Part shown: one piece after another, positions 23,988 to 36,186 of the stretch
Layout: the number at the start of each line of letters is the position of its first letter
Position numbering within the stretch: position 1 is the stretch's first letter
NCBI GenBank assembly: GCA_963514005.1
Contig: OY740808.1
Span: 12,710,001 to 12,774,000, forward strand
Length of the DNA: 64,000 nt
Direction: 5' to 3'
Source: Raja brachyura
Taxonomy: Eukaryota
Translations under genes and position numbers: made by a program
The notes under the pieces: model-generated
Told to the model about the DNA's origin: nothing
The model's database searches: none
The model's input: the letters and a program-made list of their open reading frames with translations, nothing else

Positions 23988-24464
23988 ATAGAAACATAGA
24001 ACATAGAACAATAGGTGCAGGAGTAGGCCATTCGGCCAGTCGAGCCTGCACCGCCATTCAATGTGATCATGGCTGATCATCCAACTCAGTATCCCGTACC
24101 TGCCTTCTCTCCATACCCCCTGATCCCTTTAGCCACAAGTGCCACATCTAACGCCCTCTTAAATATAGCCAATGAACTGGCCTCAACTACCTTCTGTGGC
24201 AGAGAATTCCAGAGACTCACCACTCTCTGTGTAAAGAATGTTTTCCTCATCTCGGTCCTAAAGGAATTCCTCCTTATCCTTAGACCGTGACCCCTTGTTC
24301 TGGACTCCCCCAACATCGGGAACAATCTTCCAGCATCTAGCTTGTCCAACCCCTTAAGAATTTTGTAAGTTTCTATAAGATCCCCCCTGAATCTTCTAAA
24401 TTCCAGCAAGTACAAGCCGAGTCTATCCAATCTTTCCTCGTATGAAAGTCCTGACATCTCAGGA
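23988..24464 (-). mobile_element. CR1 3' fragment inserted between the TATA box and leader of cluster 2
   Basis: atagaaac/atagaac tail and RT C-terminus; flanks ttgctctc | ctcgggctcgctttataaa rebuild the uninterrupted promoter of the other clusters (CTC duplicated). Confidence 0.92.
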
Positions 24465-24475
24465 CTCGGGCTCGC

Positions 24476-24557
24476 TTTATAAATGGAATGACGAGTTGGC
24501 GCCATGTGTTTATCTATGCAAACCAATCAAACCAGAATGCTCGTCGAAGCCAATCAG
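24476..24557 (-). promoter_or_regulatory. Displaced IgL promoter, cluster 2
   Basis: TTTATAAA 24476-24483; ATGCAAAC 24516-24523; CCAAT 24523-24527 and 24550-24554. Confidence 0.78.
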
Positions 24558-24583
24558 AAATTGCCAGATTCTTCCTTCGTCGA

Positions 24584-26661
24584 TCCTCCAGATCCCGTTG
24601 TACTTCCCCTTTTCCCAACTTGACACCATTTAGATAATAATCGGCCTTCCTGTTTTTGCTACCAAAGTGGACAACCTCACATTTATCCACATTAAACTGG
24701 ATCTGCCATACATCTGCCCACTCACCCAACCTGTCTAAGTCATGCTGCATTCTCATAGCATCCTCCTCACACTGCCACCCACCTTTGCGTCATCTGCAAA
24801 TTTGTTAATGTTACTTTGAATCCCTTCATCCAAATTATTGATGTATATTGTAAATAGTTGCGGTCCCAGCACCGAGCCTTGCGGTACCCCACAAGTCACT
24901 ACCCGCCATTCTGAAAGGGACCCGTTAATCCCTACTCTTTGTTTCCTGTCTGCCAAACAATTTTATATCCATGTCAGCACTCTACCCCCAATAAAATGTG
25001 CCCTAATTTTGCCCACTAATCTCCAAGTCGGACCTTGTCAAATGCTTTCTAAAAGTCCAGGTACACTACATCCACTGGCTCTCCCTTGTCCATTTTCCTA
25101 GTTACATTCTAAAAAATTTCCAGAAGATTAGTCCAGCATGATTTTCTCTTCGTAAATCCATGCTGACTCGGACTGATCCTGTTACTGCTATCCAAATGAG
25201 CCGCTATTTCATATTTTATCATTGACTCCAGCATCTTCCCCACCACCGATGTCAGGCTAACTGGTCTATAATTCCCTGGGGGTTACACAAAAAGCTGGAG
25301 AAACTCAGCGGGTGCAGCAGCATCTAAGGAGCGAAGGAGATAGGCGACGTTTCGGGTCGAGACCCTTCTTCAGCTTTTGCTGGGGTCCGAACTGGGAGGC
25401 AGGGAATTGGAGCTGGAATCCACGAGGTATGAGGTGGAGGCGCAGGCAGGCCCCGAGGAAGCAGATGTGGCTGTGGTATCGAGTCTGGGTGAGGATGTGG
25501 TCGTAGAGTTGGAGGGAAGGGGGTATCACAGAGGGGGAGCAGTTAGAGAGGAGGTTGTGAAACTGTCTTCGTAGGGAGGAGGAGAACTTCTTCAAAGTAG
25601 GCATACCTTGAGGAGATATCGCAGTGGAGTAGACAAAGTGTTAAAGAAGGAACTGCAGATGCTGGAGAATCGAGGGTTACACAAAAAGCTGGAGAAACTC
25701 AGCGGGTGCAGCAGCATCTAAGGAGCGAAGGAGATAGGCGACGTTTCGGGTCGAGACCCTTCTTCAGCTATAATTCCCTGGATTCTCTCTCCCACTTTCT
25801 TAAGAGCTACCCTATAATCCACAGGAACGGATCCTGAAATCTATAGAAGATTGGAAAATGATCACCAATGACCACAGTTTCTGGAGCCATTTCCTTAAGT
25901 ACCCTGGGATGCAGAGCATCAGGCCCTGGAGATTAGTCAGCCTTCAGTCCCATCAGTCTACCCAACACCATTTCCCGCCTAATGTGGATTTCCTTCGGTT
26001 CGTCTGTCACCCCAGATCCTCTGGCCACTCGTACATCAGGAAGAATGTTTGTGTCCTCCTTATTGAAGACGGATCCAAAGTACCTATTCAACTCATCTGC
26101 CTTTTCCTTGTTCCCCATAATAAAATCACTTTTTTTTCAGTCGTCAAGGGTCCAACTTTCGTTTTAACTATTTTTTTCCTCTTCACGTACCTTAAGAAGC
26201 TTTTACTATCCTCCTTCATATTCTTGGCTAGCTTACCTTCATTCCTCATCTTTTCTCCGCGTATTGCCTTTTTAGTTATCTTCTGTTGCTCTTTAAACAT
26301 TACCCAATCCTCTTGCTTACCACTCAACTTTGCTACGTTGTACTTCTTCTCTTTTATTTTTATACTTTCCCTGACTTCCCTCATCAGCCTCGGTTGCCCC
26401 TTACTCCCCATGGAATCTTTCTTCCTCTTTGGAATGAACTGATTCTGCACCTTCTGTATTATTCCCAGAAATACCTGCCATTGTTGTTCCACTGTCATCC
26501 CTGCTAGGGTATCCTTCCAGACAACTTTGGCCAGCTCCTCCATCATGGTTCCATAGCCCCCTTTGTTCAACTGTAACACTGACACCTCCGATTTATCCTC
26601 CTCCTTCTCAAATTGTATATTAAAACTTGCCATATTATGGTCACTACCTCCTAATGGCTCA
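24584..26661 (-). mobile_element. Decayed CR1 ORF2, host of the nested Penelope-derived insert
   Basis: ORFs 26088-26633, 25933-26118, 24753-24956 (GVPQGSVLGPQLF, KFADD) and 24514-24756. Confidence 0.9.
25280..25767 (-). mobile_element. Non-autonomous Penelope-derived unit flanked by 94-bp direct repeats, each carrying a hammerhead motif (retrozyme-like)
   Basis: Repeats 25280-25373 and 25674-25767 (period 394); interior matches the Penelope 5' region at 13260-13424; 14-bp TSD CTATAATTCCCTGG at 25266-25279/25768-25781. Confidence 0.88.
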
Positions 26662-26919
26662 TTAACCTAAATTCTCAAGACTTCTCTGATATTGTTTAAA
26701 AAAGAGCAATACGGCTGTGATTGAATACTCACTACATGTTGCAATGAGCCCCAACAACATTGAAAAAGTTCGACATGTTACAGGATGAACGTTCTTATTT
26801 GAATGGTATAAACCTAAATTTTGTCTCTGTCCACCACAAGTGCAACAAGGCCGCAGTCTGTGCCGTCTAGAGTCCATTATGTATAGCCAACTGCAACATT
26901 GTCACCAAGGAATAAAGGC

Positions 26920-28100
26920 GTAGACTAGTTTCTAAATGGGGAGAGAATCCAGGAAGCAGAGGTGCAAATTGACTTGGGACTACTGGTATAGGATCTCCAA
27001 AAAGTTAATTCGCAAGTGGATTCGGTAGTAAAGAAAGCAAACGCAATGATAACATTTATTTCGAGAGGGCTTGTACACGAAAACAGGAATGTCATGCTGA
27101 GGCTCTATAAGGCGCTGGTCGGCTCGGATTTGGAATATTGTGAGCAATGCTGGGCACCATATCTGAGAAAGGATGTGCTGCCTCTGGAATGGGTCCAGGG
27201 GAGGTTTACAAGAATGGTCACAGGAACGAGTGGGTTAACATCTAATGAGCGTTTGACGGCACTGGGACTGTACTCGCTGGAGTTTAGAAAAATGAGATGG
27301 GACCTCATTGAAGTGTACAGAGTAGTGAAAGGCTTGGATAGTGTGGATGTGGAGCGGATGTTTCCAGTAGTAGCGAGTCCAGAGCAAAGTCAAAGTCAAG
27401 TCAAGTCAAAGTCAAAGTCAAAAGAGTTTATTGTCATTGTCCCTGACAGGACAATGAAAATCTTTCTTTGCATAGCACAACAGAACATAGAAGGCATTGA
27501 CTACAATTATATACATAAATACACCCATGAATTAATAAATTAATAAAGTGCAAATAACAGATGGGATATTAATGTTCAGAGTTCCGAGCTACGTTTAATA
27601 GCCTGATGGCTGTGGGGAAGTAGCTATTCCTAAACCGGGTTGTTGCAGTCTTCAGGATCCTGTACCTTCTACCCGAAGGTAGCAGGGAGATGAGTGTGTG
27701 GCCAGGGTGGTGTGGGTCCTTGATGATGCTGCCAGCCTTTTTGAGGCAGCGACTGCGATAAATCCCCTCGATGGAAGGAAGGTCCGAGCCGATGATGGAC
27801 TGGGCAGTGTTTACTACTTTTTGTAGCCTTTTCCTCTCCGGGGCACTCAAATTGCCGAACCAAGCCACGATGCAACCGGTCAGCAAGCTTTCTACTGTGC
27901 ACCTGTAGAAGTTAGAGAGAGTCCTCCTTGACAGACCAACTAGACACAGAATTAAAGAACGTTCTTTTAGGAAGGAGATGGGGAGGAATTTATTGGTGAC
28001 TCGGTGGAATTATTGCCACAGAAGACTGTGCAGGCCAAGTAAGTGGCTAATTTTAAGAGATAGATACTTTTATGATTAGTACGGGTGTCACAGTTCATGG
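26920..28100 (+). mobile_element. CR1 3' fragment interrupted by a Rex1/Babar element
   Basis: KKAN...LYKALV...LEYC...LE.VQ.RFTRM...LGLYSLEFR in ORF 27016-27543; resumes ~27945. Confidence 0.8.
27385..27940 (-). mobile_element. Rex1/Babar-clade LINE 3' fragment
   Basis: LTGCIVAWFGN...RLQKVVNTAQSIIG...DPHHPGH...LLPSGRRYR...RFRNSYFP.AIRLLN; (TTTGAC/TTGAC)n tail at 27385-27421. Confidence 0.88.
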
Positions 28101-29624
28101 AGAGTAGACTAATTCTGCACCAATCACTTATAACCTTAACACTTATGATCTTATAAGGCACACCAGAACAACAGACGCATAATAATGTATAGAATGCGAA
28201 AAAACAGCTGTATATGCTGGTTTGCATTGGGCGTTTGCAGCAGAAGCTGTCATCCATCCTTTTTCACTGAGGATGCGTAATGACTCGCTGAATTACTCCA
28301 GTACTTCCGCATTATTATATAGTTGTTTGCAAGGTAAACTCCAAGTTGTACACATTATGGCTTGGATATGTAACATCTTTCACTCTTCCTTGATCCAACC
28401 TTTGGACGAAGTTAATAATGTCATCACAAGACTATAGTTGTTCAAGGCAGTTTTTCAAGGGCAGATAGGGATGGGCAATCGATACGTTGTCTAACAAACA
28501 ATACGTGAATCCCCAAAAATGGGGGAGGGAGCGGGATGGAAACTGTAGACGACAAAAAGCCAGAAAAAATCCGGACCGGCAACATGAAGGGAATGGTGAA
28601 GCCCCCAATGGGCCCATTGTTGGTTGAAGAAGTGATGATAGAGAGGGATACAACGATGCGAACAGTAATGCTGTTAGAACGGCGAGGGTGTGGGAGAGGC
28701 TGGAGGGTAGGGAATGCAGGAATGACTTGAAAGTAGAGAACCCAATATTCAAAACGCTGGGTTGAAGGTTCCTTAACCGAAACATGCAGCCCTGTTCCTC
28801 CAATTTGCAGCATCACAGCCCACTTCACTGCGCCAAGTCTGCATTGTCCATCAAACACCCAATATAACAAACCCAAACGAACCGCAATTTGTTCTACGCA
28901 TAATGTCATTTATTGCCCCATATACCTTTACTCACCCACATAATACAGGTAATTTGCAATGCTCGCTTAATCTTGCAAATTATTAAATTGATAACAAATG
29001 GGATGGGATAGATAATAATTCTTCAATAACTACATGCGAATAAAAATATCTAAACTGCGACACACGACTTGAAAGGGCAATGCAGACATAATTGGTAATG
29101 TATAACTTAGTTACAATTAGCCGACTTTTCTCGTCTGGAGCACCGTGGCAGAGAGAAAGGCTATTTCGTGTCAGTGCCAGAAAAGGAGGGAGAGAAATGT
29201 TGATAACCCAGGGAATAAAACTGATAGCTTTCCTTTGGGTTAATGGGGCAGTTGCAAGCACATTGCTGTATGTCTATCTGTCTATGTATTTTCTCATTAA
29301 TGGAGATGCTAACGGACTATAAAAATAGAATAAGGAAAAGTGAGTCAAATGATGACGGGCAGAAATGGCCAGCTCTGATAGAGGGTGAAGTGAATTGTAA
29401 CACGCAGCAATAATTCAGGAAGCCACACAGAAAGGCCGAATTGGAAGCTCCGGATTTAATTTACGGACTGAGTCCAGGTGCTCCAGAAAGAGATTACCAA
29501 TCCCAAGATGTACTGTAGACACAAACGAAAAGCGCCGATAGCATCCCTGGATTATAGGAAGGGGGGAGGTGAGAGCAGAGGTGTTGCATAATTCAATTCC
29601 GTGTGTAGTTTCAGACGCTGGGTG

Positions 29625-31200
29625 ATAGTGTCACGAGTCTTACGCGTGGAAACAGGCCCTTCCGCCCAACTTGCCCACACCGGCCAACGTGCCCATATAC
29701 ACTAGTCCCGCTCGCCTGCAGTTGGCCCACATCCTTGTGGACTTGTTCTATCCATGTATCTGCCTCAACATTGCGACCGCATCTGCTACAACTAACCCCT
29801 TCCGGCAGCTCATTCCGTGCACCCATCCCCCTTTGCGTGGAAATCTCATCCCTCAAATTCCTATTAAATATCCACCCCCCCCCCCCCCCCCCCCCTCACC
29901 TTAAACCTCTCAAGTCGTCGATTTCTCTAACCTGGGCAAGAGAATCTTCCGATCTGTCTGTCCGATCTATTCCTCACATGATGTTGTACAGCTCTATAAG
30001 ATCACCCTTAGTCCTCCAGCGCTCCAAGGAATAGAGTCCTAGCCTGCTCAACCTCTCCGCATTGCTCGGTGCCCACGAGTCCCAGCAACATTCCCATAAA
30101 TCTTCTCTGCACCCTTTCCAGCCTGACAATACCGTTCTTGTAACAAGGTTCCCAAAATTGAACACAATACTCTAAATGCAGCCACACCAATGACTTTTTA
30201 TGACTGCAACGTGACATCCTAACCTCCATAATCAATGCTCTGACTGATGAAGTCCAATGTACCCAACCAATCAAGAACATGCTGCAATTTTTGACAACCA
30301 TCTTTACAATCTACGATACCCCACCCTCTTTTGTGTCACCTACAACATTGCAATGCCATGTACCGTCTCATCCAAATCATTGTCAGCGCTGACAAACAGC
30401 AAAGGGCCCTGCACCGAACACTGAGGCACACAACTTGTCAGGGACCTCCAGGCGGAAAACCAATCTTCAACCATCACTCCCTGCTTCCTTCCATGAAGCC
30501 AATTTTATATCAACTCGCTTACTTCTCCTTGAAACCCACGGGATCTAACGTTATAGAGCTGCCTTCCATGTGGAACCTTATCAAATGTCTTACTAAAACC
30601 CACGTATACAACTCTACAGATCTGCCTTCATGGTCCTTTGTTGGTCATATCTACAAAATGGATATAGGAATCCTATTATCCATTCTATTTATCCATTGTC
30701 TTTTTATAGATATGTATATAGCGCTGCAGAAACTGTGCACCTTATCCCCCCCCCCCTTTTTTTTGTTTTGTTTTGCACTGAGTAGGAGCAGCTTTTAATC
30801 TCATTGTACATGTGTATAGTGACAATAAAAGGCATTCTGATTCTGATTCTGATTCTGATTCAATATGATTCGTAAAGCACTCCCTCCCACGACCTCCCAT
30901 GTTGACTGTCCCTAATCAGCCATGTACATCTAAATGCGTGTATATCCTATCCCTCAGAATACCCTCTACTAACTTTCCGTCCACAGATGTTAGGATCGCT
31001 GGAATGCAGCTTCCAGCCTTTTCCTTGCAGCCCTTCTTGAATAGAGGCGCGACGTTTGCCCCCCTACACTCTTCCGGCACCTCGCCCGTATTTACCAGAC
31101 GACTCATAAATCTCAACGTGAGCTCCTGCAATTTCCTCTCTAGCTTCTCACAGTGTCCTTGGATATATCTGATCAGGGCCGAGAGATTTGTCTAATTTAT
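29625..31200 (-). mobile_element. Decayed CR1/HER1-type LINE with an internal insertion ending in (GATTCT)n at ~30835-30860
   Basis: ORFs 30916-31131 (GEVPEE.RGANVAPLFKKG), 30008-30301 and 29974-30165. Confidence 0.78.
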
Positions 31201-31784
31201 AACACGGAAGGACCTTCTGCGTATATGCCATTGAAATAATGATTGCCAGCAATACACTTTCAGTGCTCCATATCTTTGTCAGATTTTGTTCTGAACATTA
31301 TAGCTGCCCCTACTGAATAATACCGCCCGGCGTTGCATCTCTCGTCAAAAATCATATTTAAGAAATGCAGCTCACTTTAAATATTGGTGATCACTTCCCC
31401 TGTGTCTTCACAAGCAAGGCAAGTTTTGATTACTAAAATCCCCAGTATTGCTTCAATAGTGCCTCTCACAGACTAAGGAAACTGATGTCCGATGACCAAT
31501 ACCTCGAATATAGCACGAAATTCATAGCCTGCTGTGCAGCAGCAGCAATGTCCAATGGCACCATAAGTGATTGGTTCATAGGCCAAAACATTAAGTAGCT
31601 GGGTTTGATCAGCTACTTAGCATTGTTCGGAGCTGTGCGTGAGTAAGCGATGGGAGGGGTAGTGATTCTTTTGTTATATCATCCACAGAACCAAAATTAA
31701 CTGCTGAGCCAAGCACTCTACTTGGATCTCCATTATGGCATAAGATTTTGAATCTTAACCCCTCAGCATAGGAGCACCGCAAGG

Positions 31785-32732
31785 CTGCGTGCTCTCCCAT
31801 CTCATCTAATCTCTCTACACCAATGACTGCGCCTTCACTGACTCCTCTGTCGAGCTTCTCAAGTTTGCGGACGACACAACCCCCATTGGACTAATCCAGG
31901 ATGGGGAAGAATCTGCCTATAGACAAGAAGTGATACAGCTGACGGCCTGGTGCAATCGCAACAATCTGGAGCTCAATGCTCTTAAGACAGTGGAATTGAC
32001 AGTAGCCTTTAGAAGATCTCCGCCTCCCCTCACCCCACTTACCATCAACAACACCACAGTCACATCTGTGGAGCGTTTTAACTTCCTGGGAAGTCTTGTA
32101 GGTTCCATCGACTCCACAGTCAAAAAAAGGCACACCAGAGGATGTACTTCCTGCGGTAGCTGACGAAGCACAATCTGCCACAGGCAATGATTGTCCAATT
32201 CTATTCAGCCATCATAGAATCTGTCCTCACCTTCTCCATCATGGTCTAGTTTGGCTCAGCCACCAAGCACGACATCCGGCGGCTACAGCGAATCGTCGGA
32301 TCCGTTGGCTGCAACCTTCCCTCCATTGATGAACTGTACACTGCAGGGGTCTGGAAGCGAGCGCGTAAGATCATCCCTGACCCATCTCACCGTGACCACA
32401 AACTCTTTGATTCACTCCCCTCTGGAAGGTGACTCCGAACTGTCAAAGCTGTCACAGTCAGATATATAAACAGGTTTTTTTCCACGAGTAGTATCTCCAC
32501 TCAATAATCAAAAATCCGTAGCCTCCTTTTGCTCTGGTATTTTATGTAATTCACATGTATAATCAATAATATTTTATGTGTCATTCCTAACTGTCATTAG
32601 ATGTCATGCTGTCACTTGCGGGCGGCGCACCAAGGCAAATTCCTTGTACGTGAATACTTGGCCAATAAACTTATTTATTCATTCATTCATTCATTCATTC
32701 ATTCATTCATTCATTCATTCATTCATTCATTC
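31785..32732 (+). mobile_element. Rex1/Babar-clade LINE 3' part with (ATTC)n tail
   Basis: LLKFADDTT.IGLIQDGEESAYRQEV, WCNRNNLELNALKTVEL; aataaa followed by an (attc)n array at ~32677-32732. Confidence 0.88.
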
Positions 32733-33199
32733 ATAAACAAGGAACAGTCGCATTCTGCTCATTCCCTCGTCTCCCTTCTCCCATCAGACAACAGGTATAG
32801 AAGTTTGAAAACGCATACCTCCAGGTTCACGAACAGTTCCTTTCCAGCAACCGAATCGTCCTCTCTACGATCCAGGCCTGTCATTTAGCCTCATAAGAGA
32901 CAATTGAATTATCTTTATTAGGACTTCGTCATGCACTGAATGGTTTATCTTTATCCTGTATCTGTACATTGTGGACGGCTTGGTTGTAATCATATAGAGC
33001 CCTTTCATTGACCGGATAGCACGCATCCACAACCGTTATCACTAAAGCTCAGTACAATAAATTAAACCAAGATGATGAAGAAAAAAGATTTGTTCAAAAA
33101 ACAGTGACCAGGGGATGTAAATGTGAACGAAATAAATATGAGATTCCAGGTTGCGGTGATACAGGAGTTTCAGATTTAACATTGTCCATTAGAGCCACG

Positions 33200-33830
33200 G
33201 TTACATATATGAAGAAGAAATAGGAAGTATTATGGATGACGCAGGGCAAACTAACATTATGTTTTATGAACTTTGACGAAGAACGCCAATGTCTGTTTCC
33301 GGTGTGCAGAGCGGGGATTTAACGCATCTTCTAGACTCTGGAGAAATATTGTGGCGAAATTGACATGGCACACAATTTAAGTCCGCCTAAGAATTGGCAA
33401 AGTTCGAAGCGCCAAATGTGGACTTGTTCTACGAGAAGTTTTGGAGCTCGGTTTGAAATTAAGAGGTTCAGTGTTAACAAATCCAGTGTTCACAGTGCCA
33501 CGCGCAAATTTGCCCTGGAACAGATCCTTATAAAGCAGTTCAATGCCTGGCGTAGACGATATATGCTTTGCTATCGTATAAACGTTTCAATATTTCAATG
33601 TGCCCATGGCCACGAGAATCATGCTGGGACCACCTTCTTACTAATCGGGTAAAAATGGGATAGATGAGTCTTAACCAAATACAGGTGTTTTAATTAAGGA
33701 GAACATTGCGTTTTTTTTTACATCGGAAGATCAAGCCCATGGGGCAAAATGGTGACAAGTGACAGGAATATCGTGAATGTAAAGGTTATATTGCACCTGT
33801 TGTTAAAATAGACGGTGTACGGACGCCAAT
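33200..33830 (+). mobile_element. Possible decayed Tx1/ZCCHC3-type ORF1 (gag-like) relic
   Basis: Across stops and frameshifts: GVQSGDLTHLL...QFKSA*ELAKF...KSSVHSATRKFALEQILIKQFNAWRRRY, judged by eye to resemble the ZCCHC3/Tx1 ORF1 domain. Confidence 0.35.
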
Positions 33831-34364
33831 TGAGACAGATTAATTGATTTATTAATAAGTGCAGCGGTGTGGTTAACATAAATAGATGTAGGAAGAACCA
33901 AAAAAGTGCAAGAGCAGTTCTCAGAATCGATCTCCCGCCGAGGACTCGTGCCGCCGACCGGACGGGGAACCCATCCAGAAGGCCCGGCTCGCCGGCCGGA
34001 GAGGAAGGATTCGGAGGAAGGGCCGTTAAGCAGACTGACTGCGAGAGGGAGTACACTACTCTGACGGCGAAGAGGGCCGATGAAGAACCTGCAACGTTGG
34101 CAGGGCAGCGGCCCTTCATGTTCAGGTCAAGAACCCTGCATTAACAGGGACATGAAAATGGCGCCAAATCTGGCGACTCTATATACTGTCTCAGTGTACC
34201 ACCACGATGTACTTTTACTGTATCTGAGATGTTTATCTCAGAAGTATTTAATTGCTTATGTATAGTGATACTTGTACTGAACTGTAAACAAAAATGATTT
34301 ACACTGTACCATGGTAGATGTGAGAATAACGCCCCATGAACCATTCATAAAAACTCTACGTATT

Positions 34365-34565
34365 TATTTGAAGATAGACTTAAAAAGCTGGACAGACAGT
34401 ATCTCTGGAGAAAAGTAGTAGGCGGCGTTTCGGGTCCGAAGGGTCTCGACCCGAAACATCATCTATTCATTTTATCCAGAGATGCTGTCTGACCCGAATG
34501 AACCACTGCAACGTTTTTATGTCTAGCTTCGGTTTAAACCGGCATCTGCAGTTCCTTCCTACACA
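34365..34565. repeat. Fold-back pLTR/hammerhead-derived element
   Basis: gaagatagac...cagacagtatctctggagaaaa...cgtttcgggtc | gacccgaaac...tccagagatgctgtctg...gtcta; paralog ~52630-52810. Confidence 0.72.
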
Positions 34566-35863
34566 CTACGTATTTCTTTAATCTGCAACCGGGCAGTGTA
34601 TTTCAATTGGGCTGCAGAAGATTCTCTGAGAGATTCGAAGAAAGAGAAGAGAACTCATTGAACATAAATGCTTATTGTGAGAGGGATGAACAAGAGAACG
34701 CTGGTTTCGGGGACAATATAGTGCTGGATCTGGCTATGTAGGGGTGAAATAAAGTGGAATGTCTTCGCGAAGAAGGTTGTAAATCATTGGAATCCTCTCT
34801 GTTGGGTGGCTTTGAATGTCCCGTCATTGGAACAATTCATATCTGATCGTCTGATATTGATGGATAGTTGGACACTAGAGGAACAGATGGAAATGCCAAG
34901 ACTAGGAAGATTCAATCTTTGCTGTTTGCTCCCTCAAAAAAAAAACACAACCCACAGCGGGGATTGTGATGGAACATGGCATGTCAACGACAGCTGAAGC
35001 GTAATTGAAATACACATCCCGTCATCGGTTAATGTCAATGTCTTCGGTGATAAAGGATGGAGGTGCGGTGCTTAGTGTGGATAGTGTAAAGTGGAGGTGG
35101 GAACAAACCATCAGTTTTAAAGAATCTTGCTGATATGTTGGGAATTAATGTCGTTTCCGGTAAATTTCCAGGTATGCACATATCTTGCCTTTATTTACAG
35201 TATGTAACGGTGCGCCTTACGAACGGAAACATATTTAACAAATACTTTAAACCATGAAGGTGTGGGGTTGGTAGGGACATTTTTGACCAAAAGAACAACC
35301 TGAAACATCAAACCAATTTCTTACTGCAGGCCGCCTCGCCGAGAATTTTCTGCCAATTTTGTGCATTCTTATTGGAGTTGAGATCACGTTTGTCATGATT
35401 GGTTTAGAACGCATTGTATAACTTGGCGAGTGGCACAAACTCACTACTGTTCTGCGATTGTAATTCGAGATCGAGATTGAGGGAAAATAAATAAGCGTTT
35501 CTTGCTCAAAGATACAAGAGAACACAATCCATATTAAGTCGTCATGTTTGGGGTCACAAATAAATCAAGGAGAATCAGCGATGCATTTGACAATAGTTGT
35601 AAAACTTTACTCAATGGCTGCAAATAATAACCTGGGTACAATAGCAACATACATTATTTTAGTTAATACAATTGAATCGACGTGATGCTTTATTCAAGAA
35701 CGATATTCTTTCGAAAGAACTACATTTAAAGCGATGTCATACAAATCAAGGTTTCAAGTGGCATTTCTTTATGAAAATTCCGTAAGACAAAGATTAACTT
35801 TGTCACATGGAAGAAACCAATGGTGATTAACTAACTTTGGGGAGTCAGCTCGCGCTTCAAACA

Positions 35864-36186
35864 TCAGATACAGCTGGATCTCATGATATTTGTCTTCAGC
35901 GGGTTTGACTGAGTCTCGTGTTTAACCACACAGGAGTAAAGCTCGTGTAAGTTCCAGTCTGAGGCTGTCAGAGTCAGGTAACTGCTGAGACTGAACGTGT
36001 TGTCCTTATCCTGCTGGATCGGGCTGGTCTCAACGCCGCTATTCCTTGCACCGCCGTCGACGCTCCACTCAACGGCCACCGAGCCCGGTTTAAAGCCGTT
36101 TACCAAACAAACCAGGGTGGCGGTGCCCTTTGAGCTAACTTCATCGGCTGAAGGCGGGAGGACCGTCACGATCGGTGCCCGAGGAT
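35864..36186 (-). CDS. IGLC: Ig light-chain constant exon, cluster 3 (open frame, but the gene is disabled upstream)
   Basis: 323 nt, CAG|AT acceptor, intact C1-set domain ending RSSCI*. Confidence 0.92.

Larger units (their letters stand above)
20150..24583 (+). repeat. Segmental duplicate of ~3795-7800 (with ~19245-20000 duplicating ~1-770)
   Basis: Collinear near-identical flanks, C exon, intron, VJ, leader and promoter. Confidence 0.92.

Noticed and set aside
27569-27886. ORF resembling the domain often annotated as ALKBH8 N-terminal/DUF1891
   Set aside because: It is the C-terminus of a Rex1/Babar LINE ORF with a simple-repeat tail, not a host gene
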